Of a stretch of DNA of 64,000 nt, positions 60,763 through 64,000 are shown in pieces. This DNA is from Elusimicrobiota bacterium (GTDB lineage: Bacteria > Elusimicrobiota > Elusimicrobia > UBA1565 > JACRDR01). The notes beneath the pieces were generated by a model. That model had not been told where the DNA came from. It worked only from the letters and a program-made list of their open reading frames with translations, and searched no databases. Within the stretch, counting starts at the first letter, position 1. Each line of letters opens with the position of its first letter. Where the stretch lies: positions 1 to 64,000 of the forward strand of contig JBGFSC010000010.1 in the NCBI GenBank assembly GCA_041694815.1, read 5' to 3'. Position numbers and translations under genes: made by a program.

Positions 60763-61374
60763 TCAAGGACAGGCACAATTACCCGAGGCGTCCGGCTCGC
60801 TGGCGCACTTACTGATCTCCCGGTTCGCATTCAAGCAGAGGGCCCCTCCCGTGGGCGGCCCCGCGTTGACACGGATCTTTCCAGCAACGTCGAACGGCGC
60901 GGCGGGGTTGCTAGTGCCGATACCGACCCAACCGTTGCTTTGCTTCAAATAAATTTGGTTAAAGTGCCCGTTCGGATAGGTCCCGAGAATCAAATCAGCG
61001 GGAGTTCCGCTGATCGCGTCGGAATAAATGCGCAAGGCGCCACCGATAGAGTCCACCTTGATCGCCGTATTGGCATTTCCGACCATCGATCGGAACGATG
61101 CCCTGCCGACCACGTCTAGCTTGGTATTGAATCCGTTGCCGGGATTCGAGATGCCGACGCCTACCGCTCCATCGGTACGCGCCAGGATCGTGTTTTCCCC
61201 CCCGTTGCCCACGGTGACGATCGAGTTATAGACCCCGGCGGGCGCGGGATAGCTCGTGACCAACGTCAGGTTCTCGGAGCCTAGTCCCAAAGGAACGAGC
61301 ATTACGGCCGTCGCGAGCAGGACACGCGCAGCACTGGTGTCGAAACGAATCGAGAAGCGTATCTCATGTACCAT
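60763..61374 (-). CDS. Exported tail-fibre-like protein with 4-Cys C-terminal tip
   Basis: ATG 61374 with GGGAGG RBS; same N-terminus as 60081-60704; VGVGISNP and VGIGTSNP repeats; ends CLNANREISKCASEPDASGNCACP. Confidence 0.85.
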   Translation of the reverse strand: MVHEIRFSIRFDTSAARVLLATAVMLVPLGLGSENLTLVTSYPAPAGVYNSIVTVGNGGENTILARTDGAVGVGISNPGNGFNTKLDVVGRASFRSMVGNANTAIKVDSIGGALRIYSDAISGTPADLILGTYPNGHFNQIYLKQSNGWVGIGTSNPAAPFDVAGKIRVNAGPPTGGALCLNANREISKCASEPDASGNCACP

Positions 61375-61426
61375 ATTCCCTCCCAGGAAAGTTGAGAAAG
61401 TGCAGAAAGTGGATACCTGGCACCGT
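61247..61426. repeat. Direct repeat copy 2
   Basis: See copy 1 (60577-60756). Confidence 0.95.
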
Positions 61427-61432
61427 CGGTCT

Positions 61433-63181
61433 CTATTCTCCCGCGGTAACGGCCAGCACTTCCTCGGGAGTGGTGACACCCTCAAGCACCTTGCGCCAGC
61501 CGCTGGCGCGCATGCTCCACATGCCGGAGCGGCTCGCCGCCTGCCGGAGCTTGGAAACGTCGCCGCCATGCTTGTAGATGATCTCCCGAAGCTCCGGGGT
61601 GATAAAATAAATCTCGTAGATGGCCTTGCGGCCGTAGAAGCCGGTCTTGCTGCACTTGTCGCAACCTTGCTCCCTGTAAAAATTGATGGAGGAGGCCGGC
61701 GGCGGGTTGGCCAACATGGATTCCCGGATACACTGTTCGAATAGGGCCGGATCGGGACGGTATGGTTTTTTGCAATGGGAACAGAGCACGCGGACCAGCC
61801 GCTGGGCCGCGGTTAGGCAGAGGCTCGAGGAGAGCATGAAAGGCTCGATGCCCAAATCGATGAGGCGCGGCACCGCCTCCAGCGCGGAATTGGTGTGCAG
61901 GGTCGAAAGCACCAAGTGGCCGGTCAGCGCCGAGCGAAGGCATATCTCGGCGGTCTCCTGGTCGCGCACCTCGCCGACAAGGATGATGTCGGGGTCCTGG
62001 CGCAGGAACGAGCGCAGGGCGCTGGCGAAGGTCAGGCCGATGTTGGAGCGCACCTGCACCTGATTAATCCCGTCGAGCTTGAACTCGACGGGATCCTCGA
62101 TGGTCATGATGTTGACCTCGGGGGTCTTGACGGTATCGAGCACCGTATAGAGGGTTGTCGTCTTTCCCGAGCCCGTGGGACCCGTCAGGAAAATCAGGCC
62201 GTGCGGGAATTGCGCCGCGCGAAGCAGGTCTTCCTTCTGCCTCGGCTCCAAGCCCAGTTTGTTGATATCGAGCGTCGCCTGGCCCTTGTCGAGGATGCGC
62301 ATGACGACCTTTTCGCCAAACACCGTCGGGCAGATCGAGACGCGCAGATCGATGTTGCGGTTCTGCAGCTTGAGGATGATCGCCCCGTCCTGGGGAAGGC
62401 GTTTTTCGGCGATGTCGAGTTTGGCCAGGATCTTGATGCGGCTAACGATGGCCAAGAACAGGTCCCTGGGAGGCGGCTGCCGCTCGTGCAGGTCGCCGTC
62501 GATGCGGAAGCGCAACGTCACTCGCTCATCGTAGGCCTCCAGATGGATGTCGGAGGCCCGTTCGGCGATCGCCTGCTTGAGAACGGCATTTACGAAGGTG
62601 ACGACCTGCGCCCCACGCGCCTCGATGATCTCCTTGTCCAAATCCAGCCGCGAGTCGGAGGTGTCGACCTCCTGGACGTCGCCCGCCTCGGTGCCGGGCT
62701 TCTGCATGGAACGCTCGATCAAGTCGGAGCCGCCCGAGTAGAACTCGTCGATCGCCTTGAGTAATTGGCCTCGCGCGGCGATGAAAGGTTGTATCTCGTA
62801 GCCGGTCAATATCCGCAGATTATCGAGCACCATCATGTTCTCGGGATTGGCCATGGCGACGGCGAGCAGGCGGTTGTCCTCGAGGAACAACGGCAGCACG
62901 AGATTGTCGCGCGCGAAGCGCTCGTTGACCTTGCTCTCTAATTTTTGGCCGCGCTCGGCGCGCAGCACCTTGTTTTCCCGGGAAGCGAAGGGAATGTTCA
63001 TCTGCTTGGAGACGGCCTCGGCGATCTTCTCCTCGCTGGCAAATCCCAGTTTGACGATCGCTTCCCCTAATAGGCAGCCCGCCTGGGCCTGGGTCTTGAG
63101 GGCGCGCGCGAGCTGCTCCTGGTTGATAACGCCGTTTTGTACCAGGATGTCACCCAGGCGCAGCTTTTGCATTTTTGCCAT
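61433..63181 (-). CDS. pilB: Type IV pilus assembly ATPase
   Basis: MshEN motif RLGDIL...LLGEAI, ASDIH, GPTGSGKTT, LRQDPD, CSHC/CDKC. Confidence 0.95.
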   Translation of the reverse strand: MAKMQKLRLGDILVQNGVINQEQLARALKTQAQAGCLLGEAIVKLGFASEEKIAEAVSKQMNIPFASRENKVLRAERGQKLESKVNERFARDNLVLPLFLEDNRLLAVAMANPENMMVLDNLRILTGYEIQPFIAARGQLLKAIDEFYSGGSDLIERSMQKPGTEAGDVQEVDTSDSRLDLDKEIIEARGAQVVTFVNAVLKQAIAERASDIHLEAYDERVTLRFRIDGDLHERQPPPRDLFLAIVSRIKILAKLDIAEKRLPQDGAIILKLQNRNIDLRVSICPTVFGEKVVMRILDKGQATLDINKLGLEPRQKEDLLRAAQFPHGLIFLTGPTGSGKTTTLYTVLDTVKTPEVNIMTIEDPVEFKLDGINQVQVRSNIGLTFASALRSFLRQDPDIILVGEVRDQETAEICLRSALTGHLVLSTLHTNSALEAVPRLIDLGIEPFMLSSSLCLTAAQRLVRVLCSHCKKPYRPDPALFEQCIRESMLANPPPASSINFYREQGCDKCSKTGFYGRKAIYEIYFITPELREIIYKHGGDVSKLRQAASRSGMWSMRASGWRKVLEGVTTPEEVLAVTAGE

Positions 63182-63202
63182 GTCAAATCAGCGTTATCAA
63201 TG

Positions 63203-63230
63203 AGTATAACGGTATTGCTTGACTTGTCAA
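63203..63230 (-). promoter_or_regulatory. sigma70 promoter of the pilus operon
   Basis: TTGACA (63230-63225)-16 bp-TATACT (63208-63203). Confidence 0.75.
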
Positions 63231-63256
63231 TACTTCGGCGCGCAGAGGCCGTGTTA

Positions 63257-64000
63257 TTATTGCCCGAGGCTTTGCAGCCACTGCCGGGCGTGGGCGTTGC
63301 CCGGATCGGAGGCGAGCACGGCGCGGAAGGCGGCGGCCGCCTCCTGGCGGCGCCCCACCTTGGCCAGCGCCTGGCCGAAGCTTAATTGCAGGCTGGCGTT
63401 GCCGGGCTCGGCGCGGACCAGCGGGGCCAGCATTTCGACAGCCGCGCCGGGATTGCCGGCCACCAGTTCTAGATTGGCCGCGTAAAAGCGCATCTTCGGC
63501 CATTTCGGAAAGGTCTTGGCCAGATCCCGAGCCATTTGGACGGTGCCGGCCGAGAAATCCTTGCGCCCGATACGCGCCTCGAGCTCCTTGTAGCGGGCCA
63601 CCTCGCGCAAAATGGAGGGCGGTGCGATCTTGGCGCGATCGGCGGCGGAGCGGAGATTAAGCTCCGCTTGCGAGAGCTCCGGATTGGCCTCCAACGCCCG
63701 CGCCCAGACCCGCGAGGCGCCCGAGAAATCGCCTCCCGTCGCTAGGAGATAGCCTAGATTGTTGAGGAAACCGACGTCCTCAGGGAAAAATCGCAGGGCC
63801 GTCCTCAGGGACTCGATGGCCTCGGTCCTGAAACGGGCCGGATCGCGTAGGTAGAGGCGGTTGAGATTGACATAGAGCTCGTAAGAGATCGGGTTGATAA
63901 GGGCTGAAACCCGGTAGAAGCCGAGTGCCTCCTCCCAGCGGCCCAGGCGCGCTCCGAGCACCGTGCCCATGTTGAAGTAGATCTCGTCGTAGCCCGCGTT
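63257..64000 (-). CDS. TPR repeat protein, C-terminal part (5' end outside window)
   Basis: Frame open to 64000 (NAGYDEIYFNMG...); TPR motifs LNNLG, ALEANP, VLASDPGN. Confidence 0.8.
   Translation of the reverse strand, partial: NAGYDEIYFNMGTVLGARLGRWEEALGFYRVSALINPISYELYVNLNRLYLRDPARFRTEAIESLRTALRFFPEDVGFLNNLGYLLATGGDFSGASRVWARALEANPELSQAELNLRSAADRAKIAPPSILREVARYKELEARIGRKDFSAGTVQMARDLAKTFPKWPKMRFYAANLELVAGNPGAAVEMLAPLVRAEPGNASLQLSFGQALAKVGRRQEAAAAFRAVLASDPGNAHARQWLQSLGQ

Noticed and set aside
60577..61426. Shufflon or diversity-generating retroelement interpretation of the repeats
   Set aside because: The repeats are direct, each cassette is a complete gene, differences are not adenine-specific, and no recombinase or reverse transcriptase is in the window.

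Overview
High-GC, tightly packed bacterial chromosome segment from a diderm, LPS-making organism. Gene order and pilin style suggest Elusimicrobiota, but that is inference. Left to right: (1) the left end of an IS4-family element (terminal repeat, hairpin leader, first 11 transposase codons) inserted into a small lipoprotein gene; (2) yebC-ruvCAB-spoIID-queA-tgt-[beta-repeat secreted protein]-yajC-secDF; (3) a long LPS/Kdo/heptose/Lpt block interrupted by an inverted AbiEi/AbiEii type IV toxin-antitoxin pair; (4) a minus-strand block encoding a TPR protein, GH84, a ceramidase-like protein, DUF218, an EndoIII-like protein, PolX, a response regulator and a degenerate histidine kinase; (5) nadB-uvrA with an orphan pilin; (6) a type IV pilus operon (pilB, pilC, pilin, OmpA-domain protein, PilM-PilN fusion, pilO, pilP-like, pilQ, four minor pilins, no PilY1). 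The best candidate for an undescribed system is a pair of tandem cassettes between pilB and pilC. They share a 180-bp near-identical leader plus N-terminus but have unrelated phage-tail-fibre-like C-termini, one ending in an S74 autocleaving chaperone, which suggests modular pilus-associated adhesin fibres. Also notable: recurrent leaderless-type promoters, probable ACG and CTG start codons, a leader terminator ahead of the LPS genes, and several domain fusions. No rRNA, tRNA or CRISPR array was recognised. All family calls come from motif recognition by eye, not from database searches.
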